Shown here in pieces: positions 9,875-20,226 of a stretch of DNA of 64,000 nucleotides. The DNA is taken from contig DASPSR010000008.1 of the NCBI GenBank assembly GCA_035623825.1, positions 30,480 through 94,479 on the forward strand, given 5' to 3'. Made by a program: the position numbers and the translations under genes. Source of the stretch: Nitrospirota bacterium (lineage in GTDB: Bacteria > Nitrospirota > UBA9217). The first letter of the stretch is position 1; every line of letters starts with the position of its first letter. The notes below the pieces were generated by a model. It was given only the letters and a program-made list of their open reading frames with translations. It did not search any database and had not been told where the DNA came from.

Positions 9875-12457
9875 ATGAAAAGCGGTTTTTTGCAATCTTT
9901 CCTGGCTTCGATGGCCAACGTGTCGGCCTTCAGGAAGTATCCTGCGGACGCCGAGCAGTTCAGGGCCGTGTTCGACCGCTTCAAGAAAGTGCTCGACAGC
10001 AACAACCGGGCGCTCGAAACGATCACGGACATGGGCGAGAAGCTGGGCGGGGACTACCTGTTCGACATCATGTATATCAGGAAGGCCTACTCCGAGCTCA
10101 AGGGCGACCTCGAGCGCTCCATCCGGAATTTCGACGAGCTCACGCACCGCCGGTATGTGCGCCTCCACGACGTGTTCGCACGCATTGACTCCCTGATCCA
10201 GCAGATGGTCTCCGATGCACAGCCGTCCTTACAGGAGCCGCTCCTGTTTTTTGAGGATATCCCCTGGGGGATGGTGCGGGAGGTCGGCGGCAAGAACGCC
10301 CATCTCTCGGAGGTCAAGAACCGGCTGACCCTGTCTGTTCCCGACGCTTTCGTCCTGACGACCGCGGCCTATGATGAATTCATGCGCGCAAACGGGCTCG
10401 AAGAGCGCGTGGCGCGCATCGCACGGGACCCCCTCTCCGCTGCCACCGCGCTCCAGGAACTGCAGGAGCTCGTCATGCACGGGTCTGTCCCTCCCCCCCT
10501 CGGCCGGGCAATCGGGAAGGCGGTGCAGAAGATCAAGAGCCGTAACGGCGATTGCTATCTCGCGGTACGGAGCAGCGCCGAGGAAGAAGACAGCGGCCGT
10601 TCATTCGCAGGGCAGTTTAAGACCATCCTGAACGTCCCGCTCGATATCGAGGCGCTGGAGCGGGCGTATCGGGAGGTCATCGCGAGCCTCTTTTCTGAAA
10701 AAGCCGTGGCCTATGAGCGTCAGATGGGGTACGAGCCGGGGAACCTGAAAATGGCGGCAGGGTGCATGGTCATGGTGGATGCGGTGTCGAGCGGTGTCAT
10801 GTATTCCACGGCGCCCGATGGCGACAGGGACGCCCTCATCATCAGCGCCGCATGGGGACTGGGAGAGGCCGTAGTCGAGGGGAAGACCGATGCCGACCTC
10901 TACAGGGTCAGGAAGGGTCAGCCCCATGATCTCTTAAGCTCGGTGATCGGGAAGAAATCCCTCATGATCTCTGGTTTGGACGGGGGCGGAGTGGCCGAGG
11001 CCGAAACTCCTGATGACCTTCGCGGAAAACCATGCCTGACCGCAGTGCAGGCGGCGGAGCTCGCATCTTCGGCTATCAAGATCGAGAAGTACTTCGGGAG
11101 CCCCCGGGATATCGAATGGGCGATCGGCAAGGACGGGACGATCTTCATTCTCCAGGCGCGCCCGCTCACCATCGCCCGGGAGGACCAGGGCGAGGTACCT
11201 GTGGAGCATCCGGCCCCTGAATCAGGGACAGCGTACCCGGTTCTGATAAGGAACCGTGGCAGCGTGGTGCAAAAAGGGGCGGGCGCGGGGAAGGTCTTTT
11301 TGGTACGGACAAAGGACGATCTGGATGATTTCCCGAAGGGGGCAGTGCTCGTTGCGAAGCACGACTCATCGCTGTACGTCCGGGTCATGCCGTTCGTGGC
11401 CGCGATCATCACCGAAACCGGAACGCAGACCAGCCATATGGCGGCTCTCTGCAGGGAACTCAGGGTCCCGGCGATCGTGAACGCAGCCGGTGTCACGGAG
11501 ATCCTGAAACCGGGACAGGACATCACCCTCGTCGCAGGAGACGATGGCACATCGGCCCTCTATGAGGGGATCATCAGGGATCTCATTGCCGGGGCCGGGC
11601 AGGGCAAAGCGGGGATGGAGGATGTCCATGAATACCGCAGGAAGCGGTACATCCTGCGGTACATCTCCCCCCTTAACCTTGTGGACCCGCTGATGGAGGA
11701 GTTCACTCCGGAGGGGTGCCGGACCCTGCACGACATCCTGAGGTTCATACACGAAAAATCCGTCGCGGAGCTTGTGGACAGCGCGCGCGAGGGGAACGTC
11801 AAATTCAGGAAACAGGGGACGCTCATCCCGTTGGAACTTCCAGTGCCCGCCGGCATCGTGGTGATGGACATGGGCGGCGGTCTGGATATCGGGGGAGACG
11901 GCAGGCGGGCGACATTCGAAGAGATCACGTCAGTCCCTTTCCGGGCGATCATCAGGGGCATGCTGCATCCCGGGGCCTGGCACTCGGAGCCGGTCGCCCT
12001 GAAAGCCCATGATCTTCTTTCGAGCATGATGCGGATGCCGGACATCGACAGCGGGAACCCTGCCGGATACAATCTGGCGGTCATATCCCGCGAGTATGTG
12101 AACCTGAGCATAAGGTTCGGGTACCACTTCAATATGATCGACTGCTACTGCGGCGAGAAAGCGAAGAACAACCACATTTACTTCCGTTTCCTGGGCGGCG
12201 CGACGGACATGGTAAAGCGTTCGAGGAGGCTGGAGCTCATAGCGAGAATCTTGCGGGAGTACGGCTTCAATATCAGGATAAAGGGGGACCTCCTCATCGC
12301 CCGCCTCGCGGGCCTTAACCCGGAAGAGATGGAGAAGGTGCTCGACCAGGCGGGAAGGCTGATATCCTATATGCGGCAGCTGGATGCCGTGATGCACGAT
12401 GATGCGGCCATCGAGCGGCATGCGAAGAATTTTTTAGCAGGCGTATACACGTATTGA
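9875..12457 (+). CDS. PEP-synthase/pyruvate,water dikinase-like protein (nucleotide-binding plus phospho-His swivel domains)
   Basis: VGGKNAHL, AVRSSA.EED...SFAGQF, DIEWA, LQARPL and TSHMAALCRE (phospho-His); the C-terminus is not the canonical PEP-binding barrel. Confidence 0.82.
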   Translation: MKSGFLQSFLASMANVSAFRKYPADAEQFRAVFDRFKKVLDSNNRALETITDMGEKLGGDYLFDIMYIRKAYSELKGDLERSIRNFDELTHRRYVRLHDVFARIDSLIQQMVSDAQPSLQEPLLFFEDIPWGMVREVGGKNAHLSEVKNRLTLSVPDAFVLTTAAYDEFMRANGLEERVARIARDPLSAATALQELQELVMHGSVPPPLGRAIGKAVQKIKSRNGDCYLAVRSSAEEEDSGRSFAGQFKTILNVPLDIEALERAYREVIASLFSEKAVAYERQMGYEPGNLKMAAGCMVMVDAVSSGVMYSTAPDGDRDALIISAAWGLGEAVVEGKTDADLYRVRKGQPHDLLSSVIGKKSLMISGLDGGGVAEAETPDDLRGKPCLTAVQAAELASSAIKIEKYFGSPRDIEWAIGKDGTIFILQARPLTIAREDQGEVPVEHPAPESGTAYPVLIRNRGSVVQKGAGAGKVFLVRTKDDLDDFPKGAVLVAKHDSSLYVRVMPFVAAIITETGTQTSHMAALCRELRVPAIVNAAGVTEILKPGQDITLVAGDDGTSALYEGIIRDLIAGAGQGKAGMEDVHEYRRKRYILRYISPLNLVDPLMEEFTPEGCRTLHDILRFIHEKSVAELVDSAREGNVKFRKQGTLIPLELPVPAGIVVMDMGGGLDIGGDGRRATFEEITSVPFRAIIRGMLHPGAWHSEPVALKAHDLLSSMMRMPDIDSGNPAGYNLAVISREYVNLSIRFGYHFNMIDCYCGEKAKNNHIYFRFLGGATDMVKRSRRLELIARILREYGFNIRIKGDLLIARLAGLNPEEMEKVLDQAGRLISYMRQLDAVMHDDAAIERHAKNFLAGVYTY

Positions 12458-12459
12458 CG

Positions 12460-13518
12460 ATGCCAGAGAAAACTACCGACAAGAAGACTATAACCCTTAC
12501 GAGGTCATTCCTGGCCGTTCTCCTGCTCGCGACCTTTGCGTTCGGGGCGTTCATCGGCAGGGGCACAGGGATGCTCGGGGGCATGTATGAGACGAGCAGC
12601 GAAGAACGGACGGCCGATACGGGCGGCTCGTTCAGGTTCATACGGTCCTCTTCGGTGCACGGCAGTCCCGGCGGAACGCGCGCTTTCCAGGATCTGAAGC
12701 CGTTCCGCTATAAGGTCGATGCGCTCATCCAACGCAAGGTGAGCTCGGGCGATGCGTCGACTGTATCCGTTTTTTTCCGCGACCTGGTCGGCGGACACCG
12801 CTTCGGCATACGGGAGCAGGAGGCCATTGCTCCTGAAAGCCTTCTGAAACTCCCCCTGATGATCGCCTACTTTAAATGGGCGGAGTCAGACCCCCGCGTT
12901 CTTCGGAGAAAGGTCACCTATGCCGGCAGCGATGACAGGTCGGAACAGCAGAGCGTGCACGCCGCCAAGCCTCTCGAGAGGGGCAGGTCCTATTCCATCG
13001 ACGATCTGATCCTCAGGATGATCGCGTATAACGACGGCGATGCCCATGCGCTTCTGATGGCCAACCTGCCGCCGGGCCATCTCGACAGGGTCTATAAGGA
13101 TGTTTACGCAAACTACGACCCGGCAAAAAAGGACGAGGTAGTGACGCTCACCGCATACGCTTCGTTCTTCCGCGTGCTGTACAACGCTTCCTATTTGAAC
13201 AAGAACATGTCCGAGAAGGCCCTCCGCTATCTCTCACGGTCTGCGTTCAGGGACGGTGTCGTCGCGGGCATTCCCTCGAACGTCGACTGTGCGATAAAGT
13301 TCGGCGAGCGGACAGTGCAGGCCGAAGCGGGCGGCGAAAGCGGAGAACGGGCAGTGAAGCAGCTCCATGAGTTCGGGATCATTTACTACCCAAACCGCCC
13401 CTTTCTTATCGGGGTCATGGCGCGCGGCGAGGACCCCGGAAAGCTGGCGAATATCATGCGTGAAATCACCTCCCTTATATACGAAGAGGTGGACCGGCAA
13501 CTGAGGACGTCAGGGTAG
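12460..13518 (+). CDS. Class A beta-lactamase-fold serine hydrolase (membrane-anchored, degenerate motifs)
   Basis: SxxK (SLLK); the SDN position reads NDG and the KTG position reads KFG; N-terminal TM. Confidence 0.7.
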   Translation: MPEKTTDKKTITLTRSFLAVLLLATFAFGAFIGRGTGMLGGMYETSSEERTADTGGSFRFIRSSSVHGSPGGTRAFQDLKPFRYKVDALIQRKVSSGDASTVSVFFRDLVGGHRFGIREQEAIAPESLLKLPLMIAYFKWAESDPRVLRRKVTYAGSDDRSEQQSVHAAKPLERGRSYSIDDLILRMIAYNDGDAHALLMANLPPGHLDRVYKDVYANYDPAKKDEVVTLTAYASFFRVLYNASYLNKNMSEKALRYLSRSAFRDGVVAGIPSNVDCAIKFGERTVQAEAGGESGERAVKQLHEFGIIYYPNRPFLIGVMARGEDPGKLANIMREITSLIYEEVDRQLRTSG

Positions 13519-13877
13519 CGAATGCACGATTCAGCTTGATTTTACGGTTTTGATAGAGTTATCATATGAGGACAAAATCCAGCATGCCAGCGATTACCAT
13601 AGAATAGCGAACCCAAGGAAAGCTGGGCTGTAATCTTTAAACGGCATGGCTCTCAATTTTGAACCGAAAGATACATTGCATGAATATCCGCTGCAGGCCC
13701 TGACCCTTCTTACGGATTCCCCGACGGGTTCCAGCTTGAGAAGCTCATCCCGGAAAAATCAATACATCAGGCTTGTGAGGTCGGGCAGGGAGACTGGGCA
13801 CGCGTCAATCCCTTGCCGCCAAGCGAGCACGCTTTAAAGGGCAGAACCATGTCGTGCGCCAGGAGATCATTTCTAAA

Positions 13878-15095
13878 ATGAATAACGCGTCCCCTTCCTT
13901 TTTTAGGAAGCATAGAAAAATAAACATTTGCTTATTCTTGATGATCGGCATTGTGGGTTTCGTGCTCGTAAACGTGAAGGTGAACATTACCCGCAATTAC
14001 GAGGGCATATTCCTGTTGAAAGGAAAGGACGGTGCCTTCCTGGAAGTGAAGGATGACCTCTTCCTTGGCGAAGAAGACCGGTATATCGCCGGGATCGATC
14101 TTGAGCGGGAAAAGCGTTTTTTGAACAGCCTGTTTGATGCCCACGCCGACTCTACGACAAATGGGCCCTCGTTGTATTATGAATGGAACAAGAAATGGGG
14201 CGAAGGCTTCGTCCGCAACTATCTACCCGGCGGGAAGCAGCTTCTCACCGCGTTCAGCAGATTCATCGACGACGGCGGCAAGGTAGTCCTCGGAGTATTC
14301 GTAGGCGGCGGATTGCCTGCGAACATTCGAGACGACGACATAGTGAAAATGAACGAGACCGGGATGGCTTATTACGACGGTGTGCGATGGTACCACATCT
14401 GGTGCAACGTCAACGAGCTGATCGCGAACTCCCGGAATGAAAGCATATTCCCGTCCGAGTGGAAGTATTTAGGAAGCCGCGTGCTCCATCATAACCCCGA
14501 GGATTTGTTCTTGGAGAGCAGTCATGAAATAATGATCGACGGGGTGCCTCTGAACATGATCCGGACTGCTATTTTCAAGGCCGGTGAAATGTACTTTGTC
14601 CTTACGATCAAGATAACCAACGTGGGCAGCAGGGCCGCAACCTATTACTATCTTTACGGGGACGAGCCGTGGCTGGGTAACTACGGAACGTCGGGAGGTA
14701 ACATCGGCTGGTCTTCGGATGGCGTATCTCAAGAGCTGTTCCAATATAAAGGAAGGATCAACACGAAGAAGCTGCATTACGCCGGATTGTGGGACTATGG
14801 GAACGATGTGATCGGCGAAGGGCATGAATTCACCCGCACCGCTAACTTCATCGAGTGGTTTGGGAATATTAGGCCGGACGTCTTTTTTTCCAATGGACCC
14901 TATGATTTTCCGCAAATCAACGAAAAGCGAGTGCCCCTCTCCAGCAATATGAGATTCCTGGCGGTCCAGTGGGGGCCGCGGACGCTGAAACCGGGGCAGT
15001 CAGAAACATATACCCTGGCGATCGGCATGGCGGGACATGACCCGAAAAGCGGGTTCCCGGTGAAGCCCAAGATAGATCTGAAAAATTTCCCGTAA
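13878..15095 (+). CDS. Conserved hypothetical membrane-anchored periplasmic protein (beta-rich)
   Basis: AGGAG RBS at 13861; single N-terminal TM; 405-aa open frame rich in aromatic residues and Gly. Confidence 0.7.
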   Translation: MNNASPSFFRKHRKINICLFLMIGIVGFVLVNVKVNITRNYEGIFLLKGKDGAFLEVKDDLFLGEEDRYIAGIDLEREKRFLNSLFDAHADSTTNGPSLYYEWNKKWGEGFVRNYLPGGKQLLTAFSRFIDDGGKVVLGVFVGGGLPANIRDDDIVKMNETGMAYYDGVRWYHIWCNVNELIANSRNESIFPSEWKYLGSRVLHHNPEDLFLESSHEIMIDGVPLNMIRTAIFKAGEMYFVLTIKITNVGSRAATYYYLYGDEPWLGNYGTSGGNIGWSSDGVSQELFQYKGRINTKKLHYAGLWDYGNDVIGEGHEFTRTANFIEWFGNIRPDVFFSNGPYDFPQINEKRVPLSSNMRFLAVQWGPRTLKPGQSETYTLAIGMAGHDPKSGFPVKPKIDLKNFP

Positions 15096-15260
15096 GACAT
15101 CTTCTTATCCCGAAAATATGTCCTCTATGGCCATAAGAGCGGAACGATGCCCACCCCCCTTTTCACCTGTTCCCCGGAACGGACGCAACGTGCGCTTTTC
15201 ACGATTCTGCGTCGAAATGAAGCTTAACAGCCGGCTGCATCTGAAGTCAGGCGCTGTGCC

Positions 15261-17063
15261 ATGAGAACCTTTCTCGCCTCCATATCGGAGTCCCTTGCAG
15301 CGAAACTCATTATCGCCCTCCTGTCGCTCGTCATAATCGGCGGGGGCATATCATGGTATGCGCTGATCCACGCAGGCAAGGAAAACCTCATAAACGAAGC
15401 CGTTAAAGACGCCGCCTCGTACTCCGATCTCGTTACAAAGAGCGTACGCCACAGCATGCTCACGTTCAACCGGAAGGCGATCCAGCAGACGGTGGACGAC
15501 CTCAGATCGACAAGGGACGTGAAAGGGATCAAGCTGTTCAACGGCAAAGGAAGGATTTTCGTCTCGTCAAAGCACGAGGAAATCGGGCATCAGGTGGACA
15601 GGACCGCTTCCGTCTGCCAGGGCTGCCATTCCGACCCCGAACGGCCTTCTGAAACGATGACCCAGCAGAGGCAATGGGTCACCTACCGGGGCAGAGAAGG
15701 ATACAATATCCTGACGTTCATTGACCCGATCTACAACGAACCCTCCTGCGCTCAGGCCGCCTGCCATGTCCATTCCCCGAATCAACGGGTACTCGGCGTC
15801 CTCGAAACCGATTTCTCGCTCGCCGCAGTCGACAGAAACATACAAAGACAAACGGTAAACACGACGGTTTACGCTCTTATCTTCATGTGCATCATCTCCG
15901 TCGTCCTCTATGTGATCCTCAGGAAGTTCGTGCTGAAGCCCGTGTCAACACTCTCGAACGCCATGGGCAAGGTCGCGCATGGCGATCTCGGCCGCACCGT
16001 GACTGTCACTTCAGGGGACGAGATCGGTCTGCTTGCCCGCACCTTCAATGAAATGACCCAGGAGCTCAAAACGGCAAGGAAAAAGATGGAAGATTGGACG
16101 GAGAGCCTCGAACGGGAAGTGGCAAAGAAAACGGACGCATTGAAGAAATCCCAGGACAAATTGATCCAGGCGGAGAAGTTCGCGGCGCTCGGAAGGCTTG
16201 TCGCCGATGTTTCCCACGAGATACGGAACCCCCTCACCGCCATCGGAGGATTTGCGCGCAGGCTCCATAGGGGAGCCAGCGGTGAAAAAGAGAAGGAGCG
16301 CGCGGAGATCATCGTCTCCGAAGTCGGCCGGCTCGAGAAGATCCTGCGCGATGTGCTCACATTCACCCAGGATGTGCGGTCCCGGCTTGAAAAGCACCGC
16401 CTGGAGCAGATCGTGTATGACGTGGCAAACATGCATGAACATGCATGCAGCGAGCAATCTATAAGCGTGGAGGTAATGATAGATCGGGACCTTCCTCCTG
16501 TTCTGATAGACAAGGACCAGATCAGGCAGGCGCTCTCCAATCTGTTCACCAATGCACTGGACGCGATGACGCATGGCGGCACATTGAAAATAACCGCGGG
16601 CAGTGAAGACATAAACGATGTGCAGTATGTTTTCCTGAGAGTATCAGATACCGGGCAGGGGATCGATGAGGATAAGCTGCCGCTGATCTTCGATCCCTTC
16701 GTCACCACGAAGCAGATAGGTCACGGTACCGGCCTCGGCCTTTCAGTGACGAAAAAGATCATAGAAGAGCATGGCGGCTTTATCAAGGCAGAGAGCACGA
16801 GGGGGGAAGGCTCGGTCTTCAGCCTGTATTTCCCACGGCAGAGCGACGAGGAATCACGGGAAATAAAGTGCTGGGAATACATGAAATGCGGCAGGGATAG
16901 GGATGCAACGACGAAGTGCCCCGCCTATCCGAACTTCGGGAGGGTCTGCTGGGCGGTGGCGGGCACGTTCTGCGAAGGCAAAGTACAGGGGACCTTCGCG
17001 CAGAAATATGAGGATTGCGGAAAGTGTGATTTCTATAAAATGGCGAGAAAAAGGAGAGAGTAG
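15261..17063 (+). CDS. HAMP histidine kinase with a periplasmic heme-c sensor and a C-terminal two-CW-like Cys-rich domain
   Basis: CQGCH and CAQAACH between the TMs; SHEIRNPL H-box; C-terminal KCWEYMKC...CPAY...RVCWAVAGTFC...CGKCDFY. Confidence 0.88.
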   Translation: MRTFLASISESLAAKLIIALLSLVIIGGGISWYALIHAGKENLINEAVKDAASYSDLVTKSVRHSMLTFNRKAIQQTVDDLRSTRDVKGIKLFNGKGRIFVSSKHEEIGHQVDRTASVCQGCHSDPERPSETMTQQRQWVTYRGREGYNILTFIDPIYNEPSCAQAACHVHSPNQRVLGVLETDFSLAAVDRNIQRQTVNTTVYALIFMCIISVVLYVILRKFVLKPVSTLSNAMGKVAHGDLGRTVTVTSGDEIGLLARTFNEMTQELKTARKKMEDWTESLEREVAKKTDALKKSQDKLIQAEKFAALGRLVADVSHEIRNPLTAIGGFARRLHRGASGEKEKERAEIIVSEVGRLEKILRDVLTFTQDVRSRLEKHRLEQIVYDVANMHEHACSEQSISVEVMIDRDLPPVLIDKDQIRQALSNLFTNALDAMTHGGTLKITAGSEDINDVQYVFLRVSDTGQGIDEDKLPLIFDPFVTTKQIGHGTGLGLSVTKKIIEEHGGFIKAESTRGEGSVFSLYFPRQSDEESREIKCWEYMKCGRDRDATTKCPAYPNFGRVCWAVAGTFCEGKVQGTFAQKYEDCGKCDFYKMARKRRE

Positions 17064-17584
17064 ATCCCGCGACGATGTAAGGACGAAAACGGCCAAAGGC
17101 GCGGAGGTGCGAGGCGTCGCGAGGTTTAAGAAAGTAAAGGCGCTAAGGGTCTTAGTTACTTTTCGTATCTATGAGTTCCATTCGCGAATTACTTTTCGTT
17201 ACATCGGTGTTTGAAAACCTGCTTTCACGCCATATTGTTCATGATGTCGCAAAAAAAAATTTCGGCTAACCGTGTAAATATAATATCCAAATGTTATATA
17301 AATCGTAATTTTGCCTTCCACTTTATCCCCAGATCCATACCGTTTCCAAAACTACACATAGCAATAGAAACTTTTTGATTTCATTGTAATTTCAGGTTCG
17401 TTGTCACATTCTCCCGTTATGGAGCTGTTAACGCGCACCAAGGAAGCTCCTGCCCGAATTTGCACGAAACGCCCTACCGTGTCTAATCTGAGTGCCGGAC
17501 GTCCTCTTTTTTCCAAAAAGTGGTATTTAATTTGCTTAATTTTGAGGCATGCGATCAGCCATAACGCCCGGCAGCGGAAGCAAC

Positions 17585-19486
17585 ATGATCCTCGAAGACG
17601 TGGTGGCCTTTTTGAGGAAGGTGCCGCCGTTCCAGTTCCTCGAAGAAGCCGACCTGTTGGCCGTTGCCAGGAACCTGTACATGGAGTTCTACCCCAAGGA
17701 CATGGTCATCCTGGAACAGGACGGCCCGCCGAGCGACTCTCTCAGGATCATAAAAAAAGGCGGCGTGAAGGTCTACATGGTATCAGAAGACGGCGGCGAG
17801 GTGGTGATCGATTACCGCGGCGAAGGCGATACCTTCGGCTTCCTGTCGCTCGTGGGCAAGGACCGCGTACGGGCGAACATCACGGCTGTTGACGACACGC
17901 TCTGCTACCTCCTCGGGAAGGAGATGCTCCTCAAGCTCCTGGATTCGAACCTTTCGTTTACCGAGTATTTTCTGAAATCGCACATCACGAAGTACATCGA
18001 CCGGACCTACCGCGAGATGCAGGACAAGAGCATATTCTACGGCGGGAGCGACCGCCTCCTGTTCACGACCCGCGTGGGGGACATGGCCATCAAGGAGATC
18101 GTCTCCGTCCAGGAGGAGACATCGATCCGCGAAGCGGCCCAGATCATGTCCGAGAACAGGATCAGCTCGCTCATCGTCATGGACCGGAACAATCTTCCCG
18201 CCGGCATCCTGACGGACCGTGACCTCCGCGAAAAGGTGGTCGCGAAGGGACGGGACACGCAGGAGCCGATCAAGAACATCATGAGCACCACGCTCATCAG
18301 GGTGGACGCCCGGGACTACTGCTTCGAGGCCGTGCTCAAGATGCTCAAGTACAATATCCACCATATCCTCGTGATCAAGGACGGGGACCTCGCTGGCGTG
18401 ATCACGAACCATGATCTGATGCTGCTCCAGGGGACTTCGCCCCTCTCGCTCACGAAGGACATCGAGAGCCAGCAGACGATCGAGGGGCTTATCCCCGTCT
18501 CGAAGAAGATCAACGGCATCGTCGGACTCCTCCTCAAGGAGGGCGCGAAGGCGAGCAATATAGCCAAGGTCATCACCGAGATCAACGACCGGCTCGTGCG
18601 GAAGATCATGGAGTTCGCCGAGCGGAGGTTCGGAAACCCCCCGGTGCCCTACTGCTGGATCGTGTTCGGCAGCGAGGGGCGCAAGGAGCAGACCTTCAAG
18701 ACAGACCAGGACAACGCCATCATCTACGCCGACCCCGAAACGGACGAGATGGCCGAGACGGCGGCGAAATACTTTTCCGCCTTCGCCGAGTTCGTTCGGG
18801 ACGGCCTCATCAGGTGCGGATTCCCGCTCTGCCCGGCCGACTACATGGCGAGCAACCCCAAGTGGTGCCAGCCGCTCAAGGTGTGGAAAAGGTACTTCTC
18901 CGCCTGGGTGTCCGAGCCGAAGCCGGAAGCGATGCTGAACGCCGTGACGTTCTTCGATTTCAGGCCCATGTGCGGCGACGCGGAGCTCTCCGATGCGCTC
19001 CGAGGCCATCTGAAAGAGATCCTGAAGGACGAGAAGATCTTTCTCGGGTTCCTCGCGAACATGGCGATCAAGAACTCGCCTCCCATCGGGTTCCTGAAGT
19101 CCTTCGTCGTGGAGAAGGGCGGCGAGCACAAGGATGAGCTCAACCTGAAGGTGAAAGGCATTGCCCCGCTCGTGGACATCATACGCCTCTTCGCGCTCGA
19201 GAAGGGGGTCCGTGAGACCTCCACCCTCGAGCGGATCGAGACGCTCCGCGACAAGCACACGATCGTGACCGAATACGGCGATGATTTCGAGCACGCCTTC
19301 GAGTTCATCATGCTCCTTCGGATTCATCACCAGTACGAGCAGATCAGCTCGGGCCATGCGCCCGACAATTTCATCAACCCGAACCGGTTGAGCAATCTCG
19401 AGAAGCGGTCGATCAAGGAGGCCTTTCAGCTCGTTTCGAAGGTCCAGGCTCTGATCATCGAGCGGTACAAGTCGCTGATCTGGTGA
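17585..19486 (+). CDS. cNMP-binding/CBS/DUF294 nucleotidyltransferase-like protein
   Basis: PPFQFL cNMP domain; CBS pair (GILTDRDLR); FGSEGRKEQTFKTDQDNAI; FFDFR; NLKVKGIAP. Confidence 0.9.
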   Translation: MILEDVVAFLRKVPPFQFLEEADLLAVARNLYMEFYPKDMVILEQDGPPSDSLRIIKKGGVKVYMVSEDGGEVVIDYRGEGDTFGFLSLVGKDRVRANITAVDDTLCYLLGKEMLLKLLDSNLSFTEYFLKSHITKYIDRTYREMQDKSIFYGGSDRLLFTTRVGDMAIKEIVSVQEETSIREAAQIMSENRISSLIVMDRNNLPAGILTDRDLREKVVAKGRDTQEPIKNIMSTTLIRVDARDYCFEAVLKMLKYNIHHILVIKDGDLAGVITNHDLMLLQGTSPLSLTKDIESQQTIEGLIPVSKKINGIVGLLLKEGAKASNIAKVITEINDRLVRKIMEFAERRFGNPPVPYCWIVFGSEGRKEQTFKTDQDNAIIYADPETDEMAETAAKYFSAFAEFVRDGLIRCGFPLCPADYMASNPKWCQPLKVWKRYFSAWVSEPKPEAMLNAVTFFDFRPMCGDAELSDALRGHLKEILKDEKIFLGFLANMAIKNSPPIGFLKSFVVEKGGEHKDELNLKVKGIAPLVDIIRLFALEKGVRETSTLERIETLRDKHTIVTEYGDDFEHAFEFIMLLRIHHQYEQISSGHAPDNFINPNRLSNLEKRSIKEAFQLVSKVQALIIERYKSLIW

Positions 19487-19493
19487 GGGTGCT

Positions 19494-20195
19494 GTGGGGC
19501 TGCTCAGGGGGATTTATAGGTCGCGGCACGGGATCGACCCGAAAACGCCGATGCTCGATGTCCCGTACGTCGTGCTGGACACGGAGCTTACCGGTCTCGA
19601 CGAGAAAAAAGACTCGATCATATCCGTGGGCGCTGTGCGCATGCGCGGCGGGAAGATCAGCTTGGGCGATACATTCTACCGCCTCGCAAGCCCGAACACG
19701 GAGCTCTCGAAGCAGAGCGTGGTGATCCACGAGATCATGCCGTCGGACGTCGTCGAGAAGCCGGCCATCGATGCCGTCCTCAAGGAGCTTCTGGGTTATT
19801 GCGGGAATGATGTCCTTGTCGGTCATTTCATTTCGATCGACCTCGGTTTCATCAACCGCGAGATGAAGCGGATCTACGGAACGGGGATCAGGAACGCCGC
19901 GCTCGACACCTTCAGCATCCACGAATGGCTCCGGAAGCGCGCCATGACCAGTGACTGTCCCGAGATGCCGCCTGCGCGGTTCCGGCTATTTGATATCGTC
20001 AAGTGCTACGGCATCCCGGTCAACGGCGCACATAATGCTCTGATGGATGCTTATACCACGGCCCAGTTGTTCCAGCGGTTTCTCCCGCTGCTCATCGAGG
20101 CGGGAGCGAAGGACATTGGGGACCTGCTCAAAATAGGGATACCATTCAAAGGGGGTGATCAGTTCGGCCTATCGGGGGAGTTCAGCAACTTTTAG
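19494..20195 (+). CDS. DEDDh 3'-5' exonuclease (Pol III epsilon-like), DUF294 partner
   Basis: VVLDTELTGLD, GHFISIDLGF and HNALMDA motifs. Confidence 0.88.
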   Translation: MGLLRGIYRSRHGIDPKTPMLDVPYVVLDTELTGLDEKKDSIISVGAVRMRGGKISLGDTFYRLASPNTELSKQSVVIHEIMPSDVVEKPAIDAVLKELLGYCGNDVLVGHFISIDLGFINREMKRIYGTGIRNAALDTFSIHEWLRKRAMTSDCPEMPPARFRLFDIVKCYGIPVNGAHNALMDAYTTAQLFQRFLPLLIEAGAKDIGDLLKIGIPFKGGDQFGLSGEFSNF

Positions 20196-20226
20196 GATCA
20201 AACAATAACCTTAAGGAGGATGAACC

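Noticed and set aside
12460-13518. Antibiotic-resistance beta-lactamase
   Set aside because: The SDN and KTG motifs are degenerate (NDG, KFG); fold homology only.
13680-13830. Definite 6S RNA call
   Set aside because: Partial resemblance only; the closing stem is poor and the usual zapA/ygfA context is absent. Kept as an unnamed candidate.
15170-15245. c-di-GMP-I (GEMM) riboswitch suggested by GGACGCAA...ACAGCCGGCTGC
   Set aside because: No P2 stem with a GNRA loop or GGCAAA element; match too weak.
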